Origin: Leucobacter sp.
GTDB taxonomy: Bacteria; Actinomycetota; Actinomycetes; Actinomycetales; Microbacteriaceae
Length of the DNA stretch: 64,000 bases
Direction of reading: 5' to 3'
NCBI GenBank assembly: GCA_047973175.1
Contig: JBKEBN010000105.1
Location: forward strand, 2,452-66,451
The position numbers and the translations under genes are program-made. The notes below the pieces were generated by a model. The model searched no databases. It worked only from the letters and a program-made list of their open reading frames with translations, and was not told the DNA's origin. Positions 39,580-48,278 of the stretch are shown here, one piece after another (the first letter of the stretch is position 1; each line of letters starts with the position of its first letter).

Positions 39580-41157
39580 GTGGTGAACGACAACACGAGC
39601 GCGAGCGAGCAGCGAGCGAGCAGCGGCGAGGTGCTGCTGCGCGTCGACTCGCTGAGCAAGCGCTTCGGACCGACCATCGCGGTGCGCGATGCGTCATTCG
39701 ACGTGCGGGCCGGTGAGGTGCACGCCCTGGTCGGAGAGAACGGCTCGGGCAAATCGACCCTGGTCAAGATGCTGAGCGGCATCCACGCACCCAACGGCGG
39801 CGAGATGATCGTCGACGGCGTGGGCTACTCGAGCTTCGCGTCGCCGCGCGTCTCGCAGGCGGCCGGCGTCGTGACGGTGTTCCAGGAGGTGCTCTCGGTC
39901 GACAGCCGCAGCGTGCTCGACAACCTCTGGCTCGGAGCCGACGGCGCGTTCAAGACCCGGGTGCCCAAGGCACAGAAGGCCGAGCGGGCCCGATCCGTGC
40001 TGTCCGAGCTGCTCGAGCACCCGCCCGAGCTCGAGACCCGCCTCGAAGACCTGTCGCTCAGCGACCGCCAGGTCTGCAGCATCGCGCGCGCCCTGCTGCG
40101 CGACCCCAGGGTGCTGATCCTCGACGAAGCCACCTCCGCGCTCGACTACGACAGCCGCTCGCGTCTGTTCCGAGTGGTGGATCGGTTGCGCGGCGACGGC
40201 GTCGGCATCATCCTCATCACTCACCGCATGGACGAGATCGAGGAGATCTGCGACCGCATCACCGTGCTGCGCTCGGGGGTGACGGTGGGCACCGTCGACG
40301 ACGAGAACTGGACGACCGATCAGCTGGTCGTCATGATGACCGGCGGTGATCACCTCGCGCAGACCGCGGCTCGGGCGGAGGCCAGGGGGCATCCCGCCGA
40401 CGCCCCGATCGTGCTGGAGACGCACGAGCTGCGCCTGGCACCCGGCCGCGATCCCATCGACGTGCGCATTCGCGCCGGCGAACTCGTCGGCCTCGCCGGT
40501 CTCGAGGGTCAGGGGCAGGACGCGTTCATCAAGGCGCTCGCCGGCATCGGCTCCGTCTCGGGCACCGTGGTGCGCCGCGGTTCTGACGGCCGCGAGATCG
40601 CGATCACCTCGCACGACGCGGCCCACGCCGAGCACATCGCCTACGTGCCGAGGGAGCGCCGGGGCGAATCGCTCTTCGAGTGGATGTCGATCCTCGACAA
40701 CTTCTCGATCGCGACTATTTCCGAAGACGCCCGCGCAGGCATGCTCAGCCCGCGAGCCACAGTCAGGCGCTTCGCCGACTACATATCCAGCCTCAGCATC
40801 AAGACCGGCAACACCTCGAACGCGATCACCACGCTCTCCGGCGGCAATCAGCAGAAGGTCATCATCGCGCGCTGGCTCGCCACGAAGCCCGAGATCCTGC
40901 TGCTCAACGACCCGACCCGCGGCATCGACATCAACGCGAAGCGCGACCTGTACCGGCTGCTCGGCGAGCTGACCGCCGCGGGCCTTGCCGTCGTCATGCT
41001 CTCCACCGAGGTCGACGAGCACATCGAGCTCATGGACCGCGTGCTCGTCTTCGACGACTTCGAGTGCACGCGAGAGTTCGCGCACTCCGAGATGACCAGG
41101 AACAACCTGGTCGCCAGCTTCTTCGGAAAGGAGACCACAGATGAGTCGCACGCTTGA
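39580..41157 (+). CDS. CUT2 ABC ATP-binding protein (two NBDs)
   Basis: GENGSGKST, LILDEAT, LSGGNQQKV, LLLNDPTRGID. Confidence 0.93.
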   Translation: MVNDNTSASEQRASSGEVLLRVDSLSKRFGPTIAVRDASFDVRAGEVHALVGENGSGKSTLVKMLSGIHAPNGGEMIVDGVGYSSFASPRVSQAAGVVTVFQEVLSVDSRSVLDNLWLGADGAFKTRVPKAQKAERARSVLSELLEHPPELETRLEDLSLSDRQVCSIARALLRDPRVLILDEATSALDYDSRSRLFRVVDRLRGDGVGIILITHRMDEIEEICDRITVLRSGVTVGTVDDENWTTDQLVVMMTGGDHLAQTAARAEARGHPADAPIVLETHELRLAPGRDPIDVRIRAGELVGLAGLEGQGQDAFIKALAGIGSVSGTVVRRGSDGREIAITSHDAAHAEHIAYVPRERRGESLFEWMSILDNFSIATISEDARAGMLSPRATVRRFADYISSLSIKTGNTSNAITTLSGGNQQKVIIARWLATKPEILLLNDPTRGIDINAKRDLYRLLGELTAAGLAVVMLSTEVDEHIELMDRVLVFDDFECTREFAHSEMTRNNLVASFFGKETTDESHA

Positions 41158-42127
41158 GCGCACCGGCTCGCAGGCGGTGCGCTCGGCGGAACGGCTGCGC
41201 CTCTTCCTCCGTGCCCGCCCGGCGGCCTTCGCCACCGCGCTCGCCGCGGTCATGCTGGTCATCAACATCATCATGCAGCCGCACTTCGGCCCGGTGCAGC
41301 AGCTCGCCGCCTTCGCACCGCTCGCGCTCGCCGCGATGGCGACGGCCGCTGCGGTGATCGGGGGCGGAGTCGACCTCTCGATCAGCGCCCAGATGACGCT
41401 GTCGTCGATCTTGCTCGCCGGCTACCTGACGCCGGCGGGTCTGGGCGGCTACGTCGCCATTCCCATCCTGCTCGTGTTCGGTGCGATCGTCGGCGGCCTC
41501 AACGGCCTGCTCGCGGTCGGCCTGCGCCTGCCCCCGATCGTCGCCTCGCTCGCTTCGATGTTCATTCTCACGGGCATCAACCTGCGGCTCGCGCCGACCC
41601 CGGTCATTCTGTTCGACGGCTGGGTGCTCGACATGGCAAAACAGGTCTGGTTCGTTCCCGGTGCCCTGCTCACCATCGGCATTCCGCTCGTCGCTTGGCT
41701 GCTGCTCATGCGCAGCGCCTTCGGCCGCAACCTCTACGCCGTGGGCGGCAACGACACGACCGCGTTCTCGGCCGGCATCGACGTCAACCTCATCCGCATC
41801 GTCTCGTACGCGATCGGCGGCATGATCGCGGCCGTTGGCGGTATCGCCCTCACCGCGCTCGTCAGCTCGGTCGATGCCTCGTCGAGTTCGTCGTACATCA
41901 TCGGCGCGATCACGGCGATCGCTCTCGGCGGCATCACGCTCATGGGCGGCAGGGGAAGCCTGCTCGGGGCGATTGCCGGTGCCGCCGTGATCTTTCTCGT
42001 ACAGAACATGCTCACCCTGTTCAACGTCTCGCAGGTCTGGCTCAACCTCGTGTTCGGCGCGCTGCTGCTCTTCGCGGTGGTCACCGGGGCGATCATGGCC
42101 GCGCCGCGGAAGGGAAGTAAAGCATGA
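41141..42127 (+). CDS. ABC permease (RbsC-like)
   Basis: GGVDLS, FGRNLYAVGGN, LGGITLMGGRGS. Confidence 0.9.
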   Translation: MSRTLERTGSQAVRSAERLRLFLRARPAAFATALAAVMLVINIIMQPHFGPVQQLAAFAPLALAAMATAAAVIGGGVDLSISAQMTLSSILLAGYLTPAGLGGYVAIPILLVFGAIVGGLNGLLAVGLRLPPIVASLASMFILTGINLRLAPTPVILFDGWVLDMAKQVWFVPGALLTIGIPLVAWLLLMRSAFGRNLYAVGGNDTTAFSAGIDVNLIRIVSYAIGGMIAAVGGIALTALVSSVDASSSSSYIIGAITAIALGGITLMGGRGSLLGAIAGAAVIFLVQNMLTLFNVSQVWLNLVFGALLLFAVVTGAIMAAPRKGSKA

Positions 42128-43143
42128 CCGCTCAGCTCAACACCGAAGCCGTGCAGACGATAGATCAGCGCCCTCGCCCGATCGAGATACTGGTGCGGGC
42201 GCAGTCCCGCTTCCCGATACTGCAGTTGGCGATCACGCTGCTCGTCTTCCTCATCGGTGCCCTCACGCTCGACGGCTTCGCCTCGGCGAACAGCATCAAG
42301 TCGCTGCTGATCCTCGCCTCACTCGTGGGTCTCGCCGGCATCGGCCAGACGCTTGCCATCCTGCTCGGCGGCGTCGACATGTCGGTGGCGAACTTCCTCG
42401 TGGTCGGCGCGGTGTTCGCCACGCAACTCACCTCGCTCTGGGGCATCGGCTTCGGCACCGCGATGCTCATCCTGGTGCCCTTCACGCTCGTGCTCGGCGG
42501 CATCGTCGGCTGGGTCTGTCACCGCTACAGGGTCGAACCCCTGGTCGTGACGCTGGCGATGGGAACCTTCGCACTCGGCCTCATGCAGGTGCAGACCGAG
42601 GGGACGATCGCGGGCGGCGCGCCTGATTGGCTGATGGCGTTGACCTCGCTGCGCTCTACGACCCTCGGGATGCCGTTTCCGCCGGTGCTGCTCATCTGGG
42701 TGGTCGTGATCGTGGTGCTCACCGTGTTCATCCACCGCACGACCGTCGGGCGACGCATGCTCGCCGCGGGCGCGAATGACCGCGCCGCGGGTCTCTCGCT
42801 CATCAAGGTGCGCCGCATGTGGGTCATCGTCTTCGCGCTCAGCGCACTGTGCGCGGGTTTGGCGGGCGTGGTGCTGGCCTCGTTCTCGGGCACCGTCAAC
42901 ACCTCGATCGGCGGGCCCTACCTGTTTCAGAGCCTCGCCGCTGTGATCATCGGCGGCACCGTCTTCGGCGGTCCCGGCGACTACTCGCGCACCGTGATCG
43001 GCGCGCTCATGCTGACCGTCATCACGACGGTGCTCATCGGCCACGGGCTCGCCACGAGCGACCAGCAAATTCTCTACGGCATCGTCATCCTCGTCGCAAT
43101 GGTCATCTACGGCCGCGGGCGCAAGCTCAGCGACCGGGTGTGA
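42124..43143 (+). CDS. ABC permease (RbsC-like)
   Basis: GQTLAILLGGVDMS, GRRMLAAGAN, AAVIIGGT. Confidence 0.9.
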   Translation: MTAQLNTEAVQTIDQRPRPIEILVRAQSRFPILQLAITLLVFLIGALTLDGFASANSIKSLLILASLVGLAGIGQTLAILLGGVDMSVANFLVVGAVFATQLTSLWGIGFGTAMLILVPFTLVLGGIVGWVCHRYRVEPLVVTLAMGTFALGLMQVQTEGTIAGGAPDWLMALTSLRSTTLGMPFPPVLLIWVVVIVVLTVFIHRTTVGRRMLAAGANDRAAGLSLIKVRRMWVIVFALSALCAGLAGVVLASFSGTVNTSIGGPYLFQSLAAVIIGGTVFGGPGDYSRTVIGALMLTVITTVLIGHGLATSDQQILYGIVILVAMVIYGRGRKLSDRV

Positions 43144-43185
43144 CGAGCAGCACGACCCTCATCATCACGTTCAAAGGAGAGAGAT

Positions 43186-43770
43186 ATGACTGAAGCAGAT
43201 CCCCGCGAGAACTGGCAGGTGCCCCACCTGCTCGCGCAAGACTACGACGCACTGCTCGACCTGTTCCGCTCGCTCGACGCACCCGCGCCGGGTGAGGTCG
43301 CGGGCGAATACGCCGGCATCGACTACTACGGGCTGACGGACGAGACCTTCGCAGCCGCGCTCGGGCGCGTCAAGGCGGGGCAGGGGTCGTTCTGGCTGGG
43401 CAAGGGCATGCCGGGAGACGAGGGCGACGGCGCTTCGGGCTACAACCGTCTGCGCCGTCCCGACGGCACCGTGTCGCGCTGCGACCGCTTCGGCGTCTAC
43501 CGCGGACCCTCCCCGCTCGACGGCAAGGAGACGCTGTTCCTCAAGTACAGCGACTTCGACAACGCCGCGGGCAGCATCGGCTTCTTCGACGAGATACGCA
43601 AGGTGAACGACAACCTGTTCCTCTGCACGGGCACACCGGAGGAGGGGCACGGCACACCCGGATTCTTCATCCTCTCCGGTCCCCCCACCCGGTTCGGCGG
43701 CGTCGACGATCCGCAGAGCGAGCTGCTGACGGCTGCGAACGACGGCACCGAGGTCGGGGGAGAGGAGTAG
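43186..43770 (+). CDS. Hypothetical protein
   Basis: RBS AAAGGAGAG, coding-like codon use, TAGTG overlap with downstream ADH; no family recognised. Confidence 0.75.
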   Translation: MTEADPRENWQVPHLLAQDYDALLDLFRSLDAPAPGEVAGEYAGIDYYGLTDETFAAALGRVKAGQGSFWLGKGMPGDEGDGASGYNRLRRPDGTVSRCDRFGVYRGPSPLDGKETLFLKYSDFDNAAGSIGFFDEIRKVNDNLFLCTGTPEEGHGTPGFFILSGPPTRFGGVDDPQSELLTAANDGTEVGGEE

Positions 43771-44861
43771 TGCGCGCCGCGGTGGTGCGCGCCCCGGGTG
43801 CGGGGTTCGAGGTCGTCGACCTGGCTCTGGCCGCGCCTGGGCCGCACGAGATCGTCGTAGATGTGAAGGCCAGCGGTCTGTGCCACTCCGATCTCTCGAT
43901 CGCGCAGCACGGGCTGGGCTTTCCGATGCCGGCCCTGCTGGGGCACGAGGTCGCGGGCGTGGTCGCCGAGGTCGGCGCGGAGGTGTCGACGGTGAAGCCG
44001 GGCGACCGCGTCGTGATCTGCATGGTCGCGGGCTGCGGCGGTTGCGACGAGTGCCGGTCTGCGCGTCCGTATCGCTGCCAGCGCGTGGCGACGCTCGAAC
44101 GCGAGCCCGGCGAGCAGCCGCGGTTGTCGCTCGATGGCGAGGGAATCACGCAGTTCATGGGTGTTGGAGGGTTCGCCGAGCGGGTGCTCGTGCATCAGAA
44201 CCTGGCCATTCCGATCCCGAACGACATCTCGTTCGATGTCGCCTGCCTGCTCGGCTGCGGTGTCGTGACCGGGGCCGGGGCCGCTATCAACACGGCGCAG
44301 ATTCGCCCCGGCGACACCGTCGCCGTCATCGGCTGCGGCGGCGTCGGGCTCAACACCATCCAGGGGGCTGCGCTGGCCGGGGCATCGCGGGTGATCGCGG
44401 TCGACCTGCAGCAGGCGAAGCTGGAGCTCGCGAAGCGGTTCGGCGCGACCGACGTGGTGAACGCGGGCGACGGCGACGCCGTGCAGGCGGTGCGGGATCT
44501 CACCGGAGGCGGGGCGACCCACGCCTTCGAGGTGATCGGAATGCAGGCGACGGCCGAGCAGGCCGTCCGCATGCTCCGCGTCGGCGGCACCGCGCTGCTC
44601 ATCGGCGTGCAGAAGCCGGGGAACAAACTCGATCTCGACCTCTTCGGCGACATCATCCTCCCGCAGCGCCGCATCGTCGGGGTCTCGATGGGGTCGACCA
44701 ACCCGCACATCGACATTCCGATGTTCGCCGACCTGTACCTGCAGGGCAGGTTCAACCTCGACGACCTCGTATCCGAACGCATCGCACTCGACGAGATCGA
44801 CCGGGGCTACGAGATGCTCGCGGGCGGTGCCGTCGCGCGAGCGGTCGTCACCCGGTTCTAG
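43770..44861 (+). CDS. Zn-dependent alcohol dehydrogenase
   Basis: GLCHSD, LGHE, CGGCDEC...C, LLGCGV, GCGGVG. Confidence 0.92.
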   Translation: MRAAVVRAPGAGFEVVDLALAAPGPHEIVVDVKASGLCHSDLSIAQHGLGFPMPALLGHEVAGVVAEVGAEVSTVKPGDRVVICMVAGCGGCDECRSARPYRCQRVATLEREPGEQPRLSLDGEGITQFMGVGGFAERVLVHQNLAIPIPNDISFDVACLLGCGVVTGAGAAINTAQIRPGDTVAVIGCGGVGLNTIQGAALAGASRVIAVDLQQAKLELAKRFGATDVVNAGDGDAVQAVRDLTGGGATHAFEVIGMQATAEQAVRMLRVGGTALLIGVQKPGNKLDLDLFGDIILPQRRIVGVSMGSTNPHIDIPMFADLYLQGRFNLDDLVSERIALDEIDRGYEMLAGGAVARAVVTRF

Positions 44862-44926
44862 TTTCCAGCTACCGCAGGCGCGGGCTTTCCGGCCGCGGCA
44901 CACGATAAGAAAGGACGCGAGTTCGC

Positions 44927-46012
44927 ATGAAAGCCCTCGTGCTCGACGAGATCGGATCGACCTACCGCCTCGCCGACGTAGAAATCGACATTCCCATCGG
45001 GCGGGAGGTGCTCGTAGATGTGAAGGCGAGCGGCCTCTGCCACAGCGACCTGACCGCGAGCTCGCTCGGCGGATGGCCGCTGCCCGCGATTCTCGGCCAC
45101 GAGATCTCCGGCACCGTCGCCGCGATCGGCCCCGAAGTGACAAGCCTCGCGCTGGGCGACCACGTCGTCGCCTCGCTGCAGTCCCACTGCGGCAGCTGCG
45201 CGGCGTGTCTGCGGGACGACATCAATATGTGCGAGAACCCGGGCTTCGTGGCGAGAGCCGAGGGCGAGGCTCCGAGGCTCTCGATCGACGGCGCGCCGGT
45301 GACCGCGGTGGCTCAGCTCGGCGGCTTCGCCGAACAGGTGCTGCTGCATGAGAACAACCTGGTGCGCATCGACCAGCCGATCTCGCACGAACTCGCCAGC
45401 ATTCTCGGCTGCGGCGTGCTCGCGGGTGCCGGGGCGGTGCTGATCGCCGCGCAGGTGTCTGAGGGAGCGACGGTCGCCGTCTACGGCTGCGGCGGGCTCG
45501 GGTTGACCGCGATCCAGGCCGCCGTGCTCGCGGGTGCCTCGCGGATCATCGTGGTCGACGTCGCCGACGAGAAGCTCGAATACGCTCGGCGCTTCGGCGC
45601 GACCGATGTCGTGAACTCGATGGCCGAGGATCCCGTGGCAGCGATCCGGGAGCTGACCGGCGGTGGCGCGGATCACGTCTTCGACTTCGTCGGCCGACCC
45701 CAGGTGACCAAGCAGGCGTACGACTCGGTCGGGCGCGCCGGTGAGCTCGGTGTCGTCGGCATCAACAAGCCCGGAGCCACGCTCGAGATCGAGATCGGGC
45801 CCGAGTTCATCTGGAATCAGGTGCGGATCCGACCCATCTTCAACGGGTCGACCAATTTCAAGCGCGACATTCCTCGTTTCGTCGAGCTCTACAACGACGG
45901 TCGATTCAAGCTCGATGAGTTGGTCTCGCGCACTGTCTCGCTCGAGGATGTGAACGAGGCCTACGCCGAGATGGCGCAGCACATCGGGCGGACCGTGGTC
46001 ACCTTCCCCTGA
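44927..46012 (+). CDS. Zn-dependent alcohol dehydrogenase (tandem paralogue)
   Basis: GLCHSD, LGHE, CGSCAAC...C, ILGCGV, GCGGLG. Confidence 0.92.
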   Translation: MKALVLDEIGSTYRLADVEIDIPIGREVLVDVKASGLCHSDLTASSLGGWPLPAILGHEISGTVAAIGPEVTSLALGDHVVASLQSHCGSCAACLRDDINMCENPGFVARAEGEAPRLSIDGAPVTAVAQLGGFAEQVLLHENNLVRIDQPISHELASILGCGVLAGAGAVLIAAQVSEGATVAVYGCGGLGLTAIQAAVLAGASRIIVVDVADEKLEYARRFGATDVVNSMAEDPVAAIRELTGGGADHVFDFVGRPQVTKQAYDSVGRAGELGVVGINKPGATLEIEIGPEFIWNQVRIRPIFNGSTNFKRDIPRFVELYNDGRFKLDELVSRTVSLEDVNEAYAEMAQHIGRTVVTFP

Positions 46013-46026
46013 ACCGACGCCTTCCC

Positions 46027-46076
46027 GTCACACGAGCGAGCCCGCACGCGACACCGTGCGGGCTCGCTCGTGTGAC
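46027..46076 (+). terminator. Perfect 22-bp hairpin ending the ABC-ADH operon
   Basis: GTCACACGAGCGAGCCCGCACG / CGTGCGGGCTCGCTCGTGTGAC. Confidence 0.7.
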
Positions 46077-46222
46077 CGGAAGGTGATTGATCGCGCGGAG
46101 GACGCGAGCGATTCGAAGAAGTATTCCCACCTCATGAGACTTTTTCACAGTGCGGGACACGCGCTACGTAGCGTTGGAGAACACGCAATTCATGCAACGG
46201 CGCAGGAGAGAGCGAGGCCCAG

Positions 46223-47185
46223 GTGAACCCCACTACAACTGCAAGCAGCACGGTGAGCGACGGCGTGCACACGACGGTGACGCGCACGCTCGACGAGTAC
46301 ACGGAGCTCGTGCGGAACTCGGTGATGCCGCTGACGGTGAGCAGCAAGAACCGGCAGTTCGCCGGGCGGCTGAGGGCCGCGGGGCGCGGCCAGATGTTCT
46401 GCTTCGAGGTGACGGCCCCCGAGCACCTGATCGAGCGCACCCCCGAGCTGATCGACGAGGGCACGGGCAACAACTTCTACAAGCTGAGTCTGATGCTCGA
46501 CGGCGAGAGCATGGTGCTGCAGGATTCGCGCGAGGCGGTGCTGCGCAAGGGCGATCTCGCGATCTACGACACCTCCCGCCCCTACTCGCTGCTGTCGAGC
46601 GAGGGCGCCCGCACCGCGATCATCATGTTCCCGCGCGAGCTGCTCTCGCTGTCTCCCGAGGCGGTGGAACAGCTCACCGCGGTGCGGTTCGACAGGTCGC
46701 GCGGGCTCGCCGCGAGCGTTTCTCCGTTCATGACTCAGCTCATGCTCCAGCTCGACCAGTTCGTGAGGCCAGCGGGATCGCGTCTTCCTTACAACATCGT
46801 CGATCTCGTCGGCACGATGCTCTCCTCGGAGTTCGACCTGCAGCAGACGGGAACGTCATCGGGCGCTCTCCTGCGGCGGATCATGAACTACGCGGAGGAG
46901 CACCTCGGCGATCCGGCACTGGGGCCGAATGCCATCGCGGCGGCTCACTTCATCTCACCGCGATACCTGCAGGTGCTCTTCCAGCGCAACGGTCTCACGG
47001 TCAGCTCCTGGGTGAGGGAGCGGCGGCTCGAGCGCTGCCGCCGAGACCTCGAAGATCCCTCGCTGTTCGAGGAATCGGTGTCGGCGCTGGCGGCACGGTG
47101 GGGCTTTCTGGAACCGACGCACTTCAGTCGCGCATTCAAGAAGCAGTTCGGGCTGAGCCCGCGCGAGGTGCGCACGCGGGCCTAG
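46223..47185 (+). CDS. AraC-family regulator (FeaR-like ligand domain)
   Basis: LQDSREAVLRKGDLAIYDTSRPY; ISPRYLQVLF, RWGF...HFSRAFK..FGLSP. Confidence 0.92.
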   Translation: MNPTTTASSTVSDGVHTTVTRTLDEYTELVRNSVMPLTVSSKNRQFAGRLRAAGRGQMFCFEVTAPEHLIERTPELIDEGTGNNFYKLSLMLDGESMVLQDSREAVLRKGDLAIYDTSRPYSLLSSEGARTAIIMFPRELLSLSPEAVEQLTAVRFDRSRGLAASVSPFMTQLMLQLDQFVRPAGSRLPYNIVDLVGTMLSSEFDLQQTGTSSGALLRRIMNYAEEHLGDPALGPNAIAAAHFISPRYLQVLFQRNGLTVSSWVRERRLERCRRDLEDPSLFEESVSALAARWGFLEPTHFSRAFKKQFGLSPREVRTRA

Positions 47186-47195
47186 GCGGGAAGAT

Positions 47196-47259
47196 TGCGC
47201 ATGCGGTCAATTAGCGTGCCCGTGAGGGTCATCGGCATCGGAACCGCCGACGCTAGTGT
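47196..47259 (+). promoter_or_regulatory. Candidate AraC-activated promoter
   Basis: TGCGC-N5-GTCAA at 47196, TGCCC at 47217, TAGTGT at 47254. Confidence 0.45.
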
Positions 47260-47402
47260 GGATTGCGGGCCCCGAGACGAGTTCCGCTGGGCTGGGCGAC
47301 CCGCTGAATCCGCAGAGTTCGCAGAGAAGAGGACGCGTGCACAATCAGACTCAGGGTGCCGGAGAAACTTCGGCTGCGCTGCGTCAGAGCGGTGGTCGGC
47401 GG

Positions 47403-48179
47403 GTGCACGGGAGTGAGCACGGATCGCCGTTCGCTGTCGCACCGCTGCTGTCGCGCGCCGTCGCACTTCTCCGCTGCTTCACGCAGGAGGAGAACACGCT
47501 CTCCGCGAAAGAGCTGGTCGAACGCTCGGGCATTCCTCGCTCGACCGTGCACCGGCTCATCGGGAATCTGGTGTCGCTCGGGTTGCTCAGCCGGACCGCG
47601 AGCGGGCGATACTGCGTCGGCTCGCTCGTGTGGGAACTCGCCCAGTACTCGCAGTTGCAGTTGAAGCTGCGGCAGGCGGCGCAGGTGCATCTCACCCGGC
47701 TCTACGACGCGAGCGGGGAAAACGTGTTTCTCGGTGTGCTGACCACTGACGCCCCGGAAACCGCCGAGGCCATGTACGTCGGTCACGTGCGCGGTGCCCA
47801 GTCGGCACCCACGCGCGCGCAGGAGGGCAAGGTCTTCCCGCTTCTTGCGACGGCGATGGGGGCCGCTTTGACGGCGGCCCAGCCGTCGGGGTGGCGGGAG
47901 CGGGTGCTGCGGCGCATGCCTTCTCGAGAAGCATCTGCGGTCGGCGGCGGTGTCGACGAGATTCGGCGCACGCTGGCGGCCTGCAACCAGTACGGCTACC
48001 TCGTGCAGTTCGGAGAGGGGAGCGTCGCCATTGCGGCACCGATCCCGGCCGGCGACGGCTACCCGAACGCTGCGGTCGAGGTCGTGCTCTCGCCTGAGCG
48101 GTGGGACGAGGGAACGTTCGCGCGACGGATCCGCGAGGCCGCGCAGGCGATTGCGCGCGAGTTGCGACGCGAAGAGTGA
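47403..48179 (+). CDS. IclR-family regulator (start uncertain)
   Basis: LSRAVALLRCF, PRSTVHRL, LWELA-like motif, GENVFL, PLLATAMG. Confidence 0.82.
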   Translation: MHGSEHGSPFAVAPLLSRAVALLRCFTQEENTLSAKELVERSGIPRSTVHRLIGNLVSLGLLSRTASGRYCVGSLVWELAQYSQLQLKLRQAAQVHLTRLYDASGENVFLGVLTTDAPETAEAMYVGHVRGAQSAPTRAQEGKVFPLLATAMGAALTAAQPSGWRERVLRRMPSREASAVGGGVDEIRRTLAACNQYGYLVQFGEGSVAIAAPIPAGDGYPNAAVEVVLSPERWDEGTFARRIREAAQAIARELRREE

Positions 48180-48278
48180 GTGGGCGCGGCGGCGTTGCCC
48201 GCTGCTGCGCGGACGTGACGAATCAGACACAGACGGATTCGATGCAGACGGATCGGATACAAGGAAAGGAAACAGGAC

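Noticed and set aside
43770..46012. ADHs as the mycothiol-dependent formaldehyde dehydrogenase serving VanAB
   Set aside because: Class III-like features are present but I cannot see specific MscR/AdhE signatures or the usual adjacent MBL gene, so it is left unassigned
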